DNA of 64,000 bases from Squalus acanthias (Eukaryota), in the NCBI GenBank assembly GCA_030390025.1, contig JASTWF010000033.1, positions 2,916,001 to 2,980,000 on the forward strand, in the 5' to 3' direction. Under the pieces are notes generated by a model. That model searched no databases. It was not told the DNA's origin and was given only the letters and a program-made list of their open reading frames with translations. Below are positions 11,985-23,477 of the stretch, one piece after another (position 1 is the first letter of the stretch; each line of letters opens with the position of its first letter). The position numbers were made by a program, and so were the translations under genes.

Positions 11985-13164
11985 CTTCCATAGCAGTGCT
12001 TCCAACATGTCTTCCTTTTTCCTCAACCGAGGATTCCCCTCTACCGTGGTCGACTCAGCCCTCGACCATGTCCGTTCTATCTCGCGCACTTCTGCCCTCA
12101 CCCCTGCCCCTCCCTCCCGGAACCACGATAGGGTTCCGCTTGTCCTCAACTTTCACCCCACCAGCCTGCACATTCAACGGATCATCCTCCGCCATTTCCG
12201 CCACCTCCAGCGTGATCCCACCACCAAACACATCTTCCCCTCACCTCCCCTTTCAGCATTCCGCAGGGACCGCTCCCTGCGCGACACCCTAGTCCACTCC
12301 TCTACCACCCCCAGCACCCCTTCCCCTTCGCCCGGCACCTTCCCGTGCACGCGCAGGAGATGCAACACATGCCCTTACACCTCCCCTCTTCCCACTGTCC
12401 AGGGCCCCAAACACCCCTTCCAGGTGAAACAGCGATTTACTTGTACTTCCTGCAATTTAGTATACTGTATTCGCTGCTCACGATGTGGTCTCCTCTGCAT
12501 TGGGGAGACCAAACGCAGATTGGGGGACCGCTTTGCGGAACACCTCCGTTCAGTCCGTAAGGGGGACCCCGAGCTCCCGGTGGCCTGTCACTTTAATTCA
12601 CCGCTTCACTCCCACTCTGACCTCACCGTCCTCGGCCTATTACACTGTTCCACGGAAGCGCAGCGTAAGCTCGAGGAACAGCACCTCATCTTTCGTTTAG
12701 GCACGCTACAGCCCTCTGGACTCAATATCGAGTTCAACAATTTTAGATCATAACCTCAGCTCCAATCACATTTATATTTTATTTTTTCCTCCCTTTTATT
12801 TGCCCCCCCCACCTTTTTTTTCCTCCTAGAAGCTGGCAGCTGTCCTTCATTCTGCCAGTGGATTTCACACTTCTTTCAGCCTTAATCTGTCACATTAACA
12901 CCACCTCTAGCCTTGCATATCTCTTAATGTCTCTTAATGTCTCTTCATCTCCCCCTTTGTTCTTTTATCCCCTCCCCCTTTTCCCAGCTTTACTCTGGCC
13001 TTAAATCTTTTTGATTTCCGGCTCTTCACAGTTCTGACGAAAGGTCATCGACCTGAAACGTTAACTCTCTTTCTCTCTCCACGGATGCTGCCTGGCCTGC
13101 TGAGTTTTTCCAGCGTTTTCTGTTGTTATTTCAGATTTCCAGCATCCGCAGTATTTTGCTATCG
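11981..13164 (+). mobile_element. Penelope-like element, 5'-truncated; right arm of inverted pair
   Basis: ORF 12007..12753 is nearly identical to the left arm (YIG changed to CIG). Same 3' region. Confidence 0.92.
13030..13066 (+). ncRNA. Minimal type I hammerhead ribozyme motif (PLE)
   Basis: AGTT/AACT helix I, CUGACGA core, AGGTC/GACCT helix II, GAAA, palindromic ACGT in place of helix III. Confidence 0.75.
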
Positions 13165-13689
13165 TAGAGAGAAGCTGTTCCCATTGGTAGATAGGTCAAG
13201 AACCAGAGGGCACAGGTTTTAGGTGATGTGCTGAAGATCCAAAGGTGACATGAGGAAAAACTTTTTAAGGCAATTTTGGGTTATGATCTGTAATGCACTG
13301 CCTGAAAGAGTGGTGCAAGCCGATTTAATCGTGGCTTTCAAAAGGAAATGGGATAATTACCTAAAGGGAAATAATTGCAGGGCTACGGTGAAAGGGCGGG
13401 GATTGGGATTAGCAGCAGTGCATGTGCAGAGAGTGAGCACGGGCTCGACAGGCCGAATGGCCTCCTTCTGTGCTATAACCATTCTATGATTTCCTGTTGG
13501 AAAACCTGCTGACTACTCGTTATTATATTTTGTGTTTCTAGATGTTTTTCTGTTACATCTTTGAGTAAGGAATCCATTAACTTTCCTAACATCGACGTTA
13601 TGCTAACTGGTCTGTAGATCCATGGAATTGTTCTATCGTCCATTTTAAATACAGGAATAACATTTAAATGGTGAACCACAGTGATCTTC

Positions 13690-15070
13690 CATTCCCTTCC
13701 TCGACTTCCCAATCTTCATTTCAGGGTCTAGGCCTTCCACTAATATCTACTATAATCCCACCAACTCCCACAGGAATCTTGAGTAGACTTCCTTCCACCC
13801 GGCTTCCTGGAAGGTCTCTATTCTATTCTCAAAGTTTCTCCGCCACCGTTGCATATGTTCTGACGATGCCACCTTTCACACCAGTGCTTCCGAAATGTCT
13901 TCATATTTCCTCAGCCGAGTACTCACCTCCATTGTGAATGACAGGGCCCTCGACCGTGTCAATCTGCATTGCTCCCATCACCCCTTGTCCTCAGCTTCCA
14001 CTGCACCAGCCTTCACATTCAACGGATCATCCTCTGCCATTTCCATCATGTCCAGCTAAGGCCAACAACAAACATATCTTCCCCTGCACTCCCATCCCCC
14101 CGGCCCTCGCAACACCCTGGTGCACTCTTCCATCACCACTAACATCTGCTACCCTTCCCCGGCACCTTCCTATGCAAGCACAGGAGATGGAACAGCTGCC
14201 CTTTCCCATCTTTCCATCCCACCAGCCAAGGCCCCATACATTCCATCCACGTGAAAGACTAATTTACTTGTACTTCCACCAACTTAGTAAATCATACTCG
14301 ATGCCCACGATCCATTCACCTGTACATTGGGTGGACTAAGCACAAATTGGGTGATTGCTTTGCTGAACGCCTCCGTTCAGTCCACAAGTGTGATCCAGAG
14401 CTTCAGTTCACTTCCCACTTTAATTCTACATCCCACTCTCACTCTGAACTCTCTGTTCTCGGCCTCCTGCACTGTTTCCATTTTAAACTCAATGAGGAAC
14501 AGCACTTTATTTTTCGATTCGGCATTTTATTGCCTGCCGGATTGAACACTAAGTTTAAAAACTTCAGATCCTATCCTCCACTCCCGTTTTCTCGGACGTC
14601 ATGTGCTGGTAATGGAGGATGGCTCGACCAGAGCCACTGGGAGTGGAGGAGTTTTGGGCTGGGGCTTGGGGTGGCGATCCCGGTACACGGTCAGCGGGCT
14701 GGCCCAAACACCTGGGGTCTACCCAACTTTCTCTGCCACATGTGCCCTACTAACCCTCCCCCTTGTTATTCTGCTGTAACCATTTACACCTCCTCTAGAC
14801 CCATCTTCTGTTTCTTTAATTCTCCCATTCTCCTTGCAGCATCATCCCTTTAGTCATTGAATCACTCCTGCCCTCCAACAAATCACAGAGATTCATATTT
14901 TTTCTATCCTTATGCTAAAGCACTTTTCTGTGACTCTATCATTGCTTTAATACTGATAATATCTGGAATCGTCCAGTTCTGATGTTTGGTCATGGACCTG
15001 AAATGTTAACTCTGTTTCTCTCTGCACAGATGCTGCCTGACCCGCTGAGTGTTTTCAGCATTGTGTTTTT
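13690..15070 (+). mobile_element. Older degraded Penelope-like element 3' part, with decayed hammerhead at ~14975-15011
   Basis: GDCFAERLRSV..HFNS..EEQHFIFRFG..GLN. pLTR CTGATG..GGTCATGGACCTGAAATGTTAACTCTG. Confidence 0.82.
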
Positions 15071-15074
15071 TAAT

Positions 15075-17092
15075 ACATTAAAGCTAGTATTAAGTAAAAG
15101 GAGGAAGCTTATAAAGTTGCCAGAAAACACAGTCAGCCTGAGGATTGGGATCTTTTAGAAATCAGCAAAGGGGGACCAAGAAATGGATAAAGAAAGGGAA
15201 AATGGAATATGAGCACAAATTAGCGAAAAATATAAAAACGGATTGTAAAACTTCTATAGGTATGTGAAAAGGAAAAGACTGGTGAAGGTAAATGTAGGTC
15301 CTTTACACTCAGAGATAGGATCATTTATAATGGGGAATGAGGAAATGTCCGAGAAATTAAATAAATACTTTGTTTCTGTCTTCACGGAGGAAGACACAAA
15401 AAACCTCCCAGAAATACAAGAAAACCAAGGATGTGGCGAGAATGAAGAACATAATGAAATTATTATTAGTAAAAAAAAACAGTACGAGCAAAATTAATGG
15501 GACTAAAAGTCGATAATCTCAAGGACCGGATGACCAACATCCTCGCGTGTTGTAAGAGGTAGCCATTGGGATAGTGGACGCATTAGTTGTCATCTTCCAA
15601 AATTCTATAGATTCTGGAATAGTTCCTGCAGATTGGAGGATAGCAAATGTAACCCAGTTTTTAAGAAAGGAGGGAAAGAGAAAAGGGGAACTACAGACCT
15701 GATGGTCTCACATCAGTCGTTGGGAAAATGCTGGAATCTATTATAAAGGATGCAAGAACTGGGCTCTTAGAAACTAATAGTATGATTGGGCAGAGTCAAC
15801 ATGGATTTATGAGAGGGAAGTCCTGCTTGACAAACCTATTGGAGTTCTTTGAGGATGTAACTATTGGAGTAGACAAAGGGGTACCGGTAGATGTGGTGCA
15901 TTTGGATTTTCAGAAGGACTTCGATAAGGTCCCAAACAAGAGGTTGGTGAAACAAATTAGGGCACTTGGAATTTGGGGTAATATACTAGCATTGATTTAG
16001 AATTGGTTAACAGACAGGAAACAGAGTAGGGATAAATTAGTCTTTTTCAGGATGGCAGGCTGTGACTAGTGGGGTACCGCAAGGATCGGTGCTTGTGCCC
16101 CAGCTATTCACAATCTATATCAATGATTTGGATGTTGTGACTAAATGTAACATTTCCAAATTTACTGATGACACAAAGCTAGGTGGCAGTGTCAGTTGCG
16201 AAGAGGATCTGAAGAGGCTTCAAGGGGATGTCGACAGGCTCAGTGAATGGGCGAGAACTTAGCAGATGGATTATAATGAGGATAAATGTGAAGTTATCCA
16301 CTTTGGTGGAAAAAACGGAAAGGCAGAGTATTTCCTAAATGGTGAAAATTGGGGAATGCAGATGCTCAAAGGTACCTGTGTGTTCTTGTACATGAGTCAC
16401 TGAAAGTGAATGTGCAGGTGCAGCAAGCCATTAGGAAGGCAAATGGTATGCTGGCCTTCATTACAAGAGGATACTTGCGTACAGGAGTAAAGAAGTCTTC
16501 CTCCAATTCTATAGGGCCTTGGTGAGACCACACCTGGAGTACTGTGTACAATTGTGCTCTCCTTATGGAAAGATATACTTGCCATAGAGGGAGTGCAACG
16601 AAGGTTCACGAGATTTATTCCTGGGATGACGGATCTGTCGTATGAGAAGAGATTGAGTAAACTAGGCCTGTATTCTCTTGAATTCAGAAGAATGAGAGGG
16701 GTTCTCATTGAAGCATACAACATTATTACAGGGCTTGATAGGGTGGGTGCTGGGAGAATGTTTCCCTTGGCTGGGGAGACTAGAACCGGGGGCCACAGCC
16801 TTTGGATAAAGGGTAGGCCATTCAGGACAAGGATAAGAAGACATTTCTTCACACAGAGGGTGGTAAATCTTTCGAATTCTCTACCCCAGAGGGCTGTGGA
16901 TGCTCAGTCATTGGGTATATTCAAAACAGGTCGATAGATTTCTGACTAGTAAGGCTATCAAGGGATATGGCGATAAGGCCGGAGAATGGAATTGAGGCAG
17001 AAGATCAGCCATGATCTCATTGAATGGCGGAGCAGGCTCGAAGGGCCAAATGGCCGACTCCTGCTCCTGTTTCTTATGTTCTTATGTTCTTA
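15075..17092 (+). mobile_element. CR1 LINE, 5'-truncated
   Basis: RT fragments (SCLTNLLEFFED, GVPQGSV, KFTDD), 3' hairpin and TTCTTATG tail. Confidence 0.92.
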
Positions 17093-17437
17093 TCAGAATT
17101 AAAGCAGTCTCCGTATTTTGCATTTGCTCATATACTTCCACCTGGATATTAAGAGAGGCGGGTTATGTACGATGGCCGGAGGGTACGGTGTGGATGTGGA
17201 ATATCAGACAGAATACCAGGAAGTCCAGCTATTCCCGGATGTTGGGGTGTCTTAACTCCACAGCATACGTCCTGTCTCCTTGACTGGTTCCCACCCCGGA
17301 AGTCAGCCTGATTGACGGTCGGGTTTCCAGTCGGACGGGGTGGGGGGACTCCGGAGCAGGACCAGGTAGGTCGGATGGATGAAACTGGGTTGGATGGGGC
17401 GTCTGATCCCGCGATGTGTCCGATCATGGACCAGTGG

Positions 17438-20365
17438 ATTTGACCGGTCCCGGGGGTTTGACCGGTCCCAGGGGTATGACTGGTCCCGGGAGTTTGACCG
17501 GTCCCGGGGGTTTGACCGGTCCCAGGGGTGTGACCGGTCCCGGGGGTGTGACCGGTCCCGGGGGTTTGATTGGTACCGGGGATTTGACCGGTCCTGGGAG
17601 TTTTACCCGTCCCAGGGGTTTGACCGGTCCCAGGGGTGTGACCGGACCCGGGGGTGTGACCGGTCCCGGGGGTTTGAACGATCCCGGGGGTTTGACTGGT
17701 CCCGGGGTTTGACTGGTTCCGGGTGGTTGACCGGTCCCGGGGTTTCACCGGTCCCGGGGGTTTGACCGGTCCCAGGGGTGTGACCGGTCCCGGGAGTTTG
17801 ACCGGTCCCGGGGGTGTGACCGGTCCCGGGGGTTTGATCGGTACCGGGGATTTGACCGGTCCCGGGAGTTTGACCCGTCCCGGGGGTTTGACCGGTCCCA
17901 GGGGTGTGACCGGACCTGGGGGTGTGACCGGTCCCGGGGGTTTGAACGATCCCGGTGGTTTGACTGGTCCCGGGGTTTGACTGGTTCCGGGTGGTTGACC
18001 AGTCCCGGGGTTTCACCAGTCCCGGGGGTTTGACCGGTCCCAGGGGTGTGACCGGTCCCGGGAGTTTGACCGGTCCCGGGGGTTTGACCGGTCCCAGGGG
18101 TGTGACCGGTCCCGGGGGTGTGACCGGTCCCGGGGGTTTGACTGATCCCGGGGGTTTGACTAGTTCCAGTTGGTTGACCAGTCCCGGGGGTTTCACCGGT
18201 CCCGGGGGTGTGACCGGTCCCAGGGGTGTGACCAATCCCCGGGGGTTTGAACGTTTCCGGGATTTTGACTGGTCCCGGGGGATTGACCGGTCCCGGGGGT
18301 TTGACCAGTCCCGGGGGTTTGATCGGTCCTGGGGGTTTGACCGGTCCCGGGGGTTTGACTGGTACCGGGTGGTTGACCGGTCCCGGGGGTTTGACCAGTC
18401 CCGGGGGTTTGACCAGTCCTGGGGGTTTGACCGGTCACGGGGGTTTCACCGGTCCCGGGAGTTTGACCGGTCCCGGGGTTTGACCCGTCCCGGGGTTTGA
18501 CCGGTCCCGGGGTTTGACTGTTCCAGGGGGTATGACTGGTCCAGGGGGTGTGACTGGTCCCGGGGGTGCAAACAGTCCCGGGGGTGTAACCGGTCCTGGT
18601 GGTTTGACCAGTCCCGGGGGAATGACCAGTCCCGGGGGTTTGACCGGTACCCAGGGTTTGACCAGTCCCGGGGGTTTGACCAGTCCCGGGGGTTTGAACG
18701 ATCCCGGGGGTTGACTGGTCCCGGGGGTGTGACCAGTCCCGGGGGTTTGACCAGTCCCGGGGGTTTGACTGGTCCCGGGGGTGTGACCAGTCCCGGGGTT
18801 TGACAGGTCCCGGGGGTTTGACCAGTCCCGGGGGTTTGACCGGTCCTGGGGGTTTGACCAGTCCCGGGGGTTTGACCAGACCCGGGGGTTTGACCAGTCT
18901 CGGGGGTGTTACCTGTCGTGGGGGTGTGACCGGTCCCAGGGGTGTGACCGGTCCCTGGGGTTTGACTGGTCCCGGGGCTGTGACCGGTCCCGGGGGCTTG
19001 ACCGGTCCCGGGGGTTTGACCAGTCCCGGGGGTGTTACCTGTCGTGGGGGTGTGACCGGTTCCGGGGTTGTGACCGGTCCCTGGGGTTTGGCTGGTCCCA
19101 GGGCTGTGACCGGTCCCGGGGGCTTGACCGGTCCCGGGGTATTACCAGTCCCGGGGTTTGACAGGTCCAGGGGATTGACCAGTACCGGGGGTTTGACCGG
19201 ACATGGGGTATTGACCGGTCCCTGGGGTGTGACCGGTACCGGGGATGTGACCAGTCCCGGGGGTGTGACCGGTCCCGGGGGTTTGACCAGTCCCGGGGGG
19301 TGTGACCGGTCCCGGGGGTTTGACCGGTCCCGGGGGTATGACCGGTCCCGGGGGTTTGACCGGTCCCGGGGGTTTGACCGGTCCCGGGGGTTTGACCGGT
19401 CCCGGGGGTTTGACCGGTCCCGGGGGTTTGACCAGTCCCGAGGGGTTTGACCGGTCCCGGGAGTTTGACCCATCCCTTTGTTTTGACCTGTCCCGGCGTT
19501 TGACCGGTCCCGGGAGTTTGACCAGTCCCGGGGTTTGTCCGGTCCCAGGGTGTGACCGGTCCAGTGGGTGTAAACAGTCCCGGGGGTGTGACCAGTCCCA
19601 GTTGTTTGACCTGTCCCGGGGGATTGACCAGTCCCAGTTGTTTGACCGGTCCCGGTGGTTTGACCAGTCCCGGGGGTTTGACCAGTACCGGGGGTTTGAC
19701 CTGTCCCCGGGGGTTGGACTGGTTCCGGGGGTTTGACCTGTCCTGGGTGTTTGACCGGCCCCGGGGATTTGACCGGTCCCGGGGGTTTGACCGGTCCCAG
19801 GGGTTTGACCGCTCCCAGGGGTTTGACCGGTCCCGGGGGTTTGACCAGTCCCGGGGGTTTGACCAGTCCCGGGGGTGTGACCGGTCCCGGGGGTCTGACC
19901 AGTCCGGGGGTTTGACCTGTCCCGGGGGGGTTTGACCAGTCCTGGGGGTTTGACCGTTCCCGGGTATTTGACCGGTCCACGGGGATTTGACCAATCCCGG
20001 GTGTTTGACCAGTCCCGGGGATTTGACCAGTCCCGGGGGTTTGACCAGTCCTGGGGGTGTGACCTGTCACGGTGGTTTGACCAGGCCAGGGGGTTTGACC
20101 GGGCCCTGGGGGTTGTCCGGTTCCGGGGCTTTGACCGGTCCTGGGGTGTGTTGCCGCACCCGGGGGTTTGATCTGTCACGGGGGTTTGACCAGGCCAGGG
20201 GGTTTGACCGGGCCCTGGGGGTTGTCCGGTTCCCGGGCTTTGTCCGGTCCTGGGTTGTGTGGCCGCACCCGGGGGTTTCACCGGTCCCAGGGGTTTGACT
20301 GGTCCCGGAGGGTTGACCGGTCCCGGGAGTGTGCCCGGTCCCGGGGGTTTGACAGGTCTCGGGGG
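17438..20365. repeat. GC-rich 18-bp minisatellite array, consensus TTGACCGGTCCCGGGGGT
   Basis: About 160 degenerate units with internal palindromes GACCGGTC and CCCGGG. A ~270-bp higher-order block recurs at ~17450, ~17760 and ~18030. Confidence 0.95.
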
Positions 20366-20409
20366 CGTGTCCAATCCCCAGTCTTGGAGATGTCCGATCC
20401 GGACACAGT

Positions 20410-21620
20410 AACATAGAAACATAGAAGATAGGAGCAGGAGTAGGCCATTCAGCCCCTCGAGCCTGCTCCGCCATCCGATGAGTTCATGGCTAATCATCCA
20501 AACTCAATTCCCAGTACCTGCCTTCTCCCCATATCCCTTGTTAACTTTAGCTGTAAGAAATATATCTAACTCATTCTTTAATATATTTAATGACTTGGCC
20601 TCAACTACCTTCTGTGGTAAAGAATTCCACAGGTTCACCCCTCTCTGGGTGAAGAAATTCTTCATCATTTCTGTCCTAAATGGCTTACCCCTTATGCTTA
20701 GATTATGACCACTGGTTCTGGACTTTCCGACCATCGGGAACATTCTTCCTGCATCTAGTTTGACCAGACCTGTCAGAATTTTATATGTTTCGATGAGATC
20801 CCCTCTCATTCTTCTATACTCCAGCGATTATAAGCCCAATCGACCCAATCTCTCCTCATATGTCATTCCTGCCATCCCAGGTATCAGCCTTGTGAATCTT
20901 TGCTGAACTCCTTCCATGGCAAGAACATCCTTCCTCAGAGAAGGCGACCAAAACTGCACACAGTACTCAAGGTGTTGTCTCACCAAGGCACTGTACAACT
21001 GCAGCAGGACATCCCTGTTCCTATACTCAAACCTTTTCGCTATGAAGGCCAACATACCATTTGACTTCTTCACCGCCTGCTGCACCTGCATGCTCACCTT
21101 CAGCGACTGGTGCGCAAGGACACCCAGGCCTCGTTGCACTTCCCCTTCCCCCAATCTATTGCCATTCAGATAATAGTCTGCCTTTCTGTTTTTGACACCA
21201 AAATGGATAACCTCGCCTTTATCCATGTTATGTTGCATCTGCCACGCTTCTGCCCACTCACCCAACCTGTCCAAATCATCCTGGTGTTTCTCAGTATCCT
21301 CCTCGGAGCACACACGCCCATCCAGTTTTGTGTCATCTGCAAACTTGGAGGTATTAGATTTAGTTCCCTTATCCAGATCATTAATGTATATTGTGAATAG
21401 CTGGGTTCCAAGGACCGATCACTGCGGCACCCCACTCGTCACTGCCTGCCACTCGGAAAAAGACCCATTAATTCCTACTCTCTGCTTTCTGTCGCCCAAC
21501 CAATTCTCTATCCAAGTCAATACCTTGCCCCCAATCCCATGTGCCTTAACTTTACACGCTAATCTCTTATGCGGGACCTTATCGAAAGCCTTTTGAAATT
21601 CCAAATACACCACATCCACT
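20410..21620 (-). mobile_element. CR1 LINE, 5'-truncated
   Basis: Minus ORFs with [14 protein letters not shown] and LEYCVQFWSP. 3' hairpin at ~20430-20500. Confidence 0.92.
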
Positions 21621-21948
21621 TGACCCCAGGTTTCGATCCATGGGGGGTTTCGGGCGATGGGTAGAGTTTGGGGGGTGGGGGGGCAAAATCATTCCCGAGG
21701 CCCAGGAAGCCCGGCCAGCCGTAGTTAAACCTGTAAAACAGGTTAAATCAGAGGCTGCCCGGCTCATTAATATATTTTACTTGCCAACCCGCCTCCTGGG
21801 AGCGGTTCGCTGCCCGCTCTCTGTCCCATCTCAGTTAAACTCGGAAGCGGGCGGGTTGGAGGCTGGTTGGGTTCGGAAGAATATAATTCAATTTTCACCT
21901 CTTACCCGACCCCAATCCGCCGGTTTTTGGGATGTTAAAATCCAGCCC
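21621..21948. mobile_element. Partial MITE-like/palindromic repeat
   Basis: GC-rich island with internal inverted AACCCGCC..GGCGGGTT and a TIR-like end AAAATCCAGCCC. The other end is not visible. Confidence 0.4.
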
Positions 21949-22022
21949 TTACTGTTTGGTCTCAGACACGGAGAATGTGTGATCAGTAATTTCCAGTCTC
22001 TTTTCCCTTCTGTGTTTTACAG

Positions 22023-22930
22023 TGAATTTGCTGGCGATTGTGATCCTGTCCCGGGGAAAGTGCGGGCTCTCCACCTGCACCACTCGCTACCTGGTGGCCA
22101 TGGCAGCGGCGGATCTCCTGCTCATTGTCACTGAGGTCATACTGGGGCGGATCAGATGGTTTTATTTCCCAGTGTCTTTCCTGGACATCACCCCTGTGTG
22201 TAGTGTTCGCACTGTCCTGTCTCGTGCAGCCACAAACTGTTCTGTCTGGTTCACCGTCACTTTCACCTTTGATCGATTTGTGGCCATTTGTTGCCAGAAG
22301 CTGAAAACAAAATATTGCACCAAGAAAACAGCAGCTGTGGTTCTGGGAACAAGCTGCATTCTGCTCTGTTTAAAAAACGTTCCCCACTACTTTACAATTC
22401 AACCCAGGGTGATAATCGGCAATGTGCCGTGGTTCTGTGCTACAATCCCAAACTATTTTACGGAGCCCGGGTGGTTGGGATTGAACTGGTTTGATAAGTT
22501 TTTAACCCCATTGCTGCCATTCGCTTTAATTCTGTTGCTCAACGCTCTGACAGTCAGACACATTTTAGTGGCCAGTCGGGTCCGTAAGGGACTGAGGGGT
22601 GAGAGCAAGGGAGAGAATGGCAGAGACCCAGAGATGGAGAGCAGAAGGAAGTCTATGATTTTACTCTTCACCATATCCGGCAGCTTCATACTGCTGTGGC
22701 TGCCCTATGTTATATATTTCTTATTTTATAATATTACAGGAACCAATCCCCGCTATTACACTGGTTCTTTATATATCTTTTCACAAGTCGGTTTTATGCT
22801 GCGGAATTTAAGTTGCTGCACAAACACATTTATTTATGGGGTGACCCAGTCCAAGTTCAGAGAGCAGGTGAAGAAGGCGGTGAAATTTCCGCTTAACTCA
22901 ATTATTCAATTAATTAATAATCAGAAATAA
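22023..22930 (+). CDS. Main coding exon of a class A (rhodopsin-like) GPCR, GPR139/GPR142-like family
   Basis: Uninterrupted frame to TAA, with TM1(part)-TM7, AAADLL, FTFDRFVAIC, LLWLPY and CCTNTFIY. Preceded by a polypyrimidine tract and TACAG acceptor (phase 1). The N-terminal exon was not found. Confidence 0.9.
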
Positions 22931-23477
22931 CTGAGCGCAGCCCAGAGGCGGCTCCCAGTGTTTCCAGCCCAGGAATATAAGATTCAGCCCCACACTGCCA
23001 TCCACTGAATTACACCAGCAATCGCTGGAGATCTGAAGATACAGCCAGCGGCGGGGCGAGCACGGTGTTTAGGACTCGGCACTGTTTCTGACTGTCATTT
23101 CTCACATTGTCTTTCGGGACAGGACCACTAGTTTGCTGCTTTCACTCTGAGCTCTTCTGTAAAGTGTCCCTTCAGCGATTGAGGACAGCAATTAATTTGC
23201 TGCTTCCAGAGTAAGAGCCTGGTCAATAGGTAGGCAGACAGAGCGGAGCTGAGCTGCAGTTCAGAGGATTATATTACCTGGAATATACAGCACACAAACA
23301 GGCCATTCGGCCAAGTCAGTCGGTGCTGATGTTTATCCTCCATATCAATCTCCTCTCATTGCATCTACCTCATCTCAGTCTCTCAGAATATCTTTCTATT
23401 CCACTTTCTTGCATTTACTGGTTTAGTTTCATTCTGAAATAATCGAAACTATTTTCCTCAAGCACTTCCTGTGGTAG

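Larger units (their letters stand above)
10321..13495 (+). mobile_element. CR1 3' fragment split by the inverted Penelope insertion (10321-10742 and 13165-13495)
   Basis: LVRPQLEYCVQFWAPH..RRLRGDLIEV before the insert. The sequence continues TTCCCATTGG..ACCAGAGGGCAC after it. Confidence 0.85.

Noticed and set aside
11121..12149. 342-aa ORF as a single gene
   Set aside because: The first ~55 aa are antisense read-through of the opposite palindrome arm.
17149..20497. Long ORFs (up to 625 aa) as collagen, mucin or antifreeze-like genes
   Set aside because: They arise from an 18-bp unit open in several frames on both strands, with frequent frame-shifting indels and no signal peptide or splice structure.
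21640..22134. 164-aa ORF as the GPCR N-terminus
   Set aside because: It is in a different frame from the GPCR and runs through a repeat and the splice acceptor.
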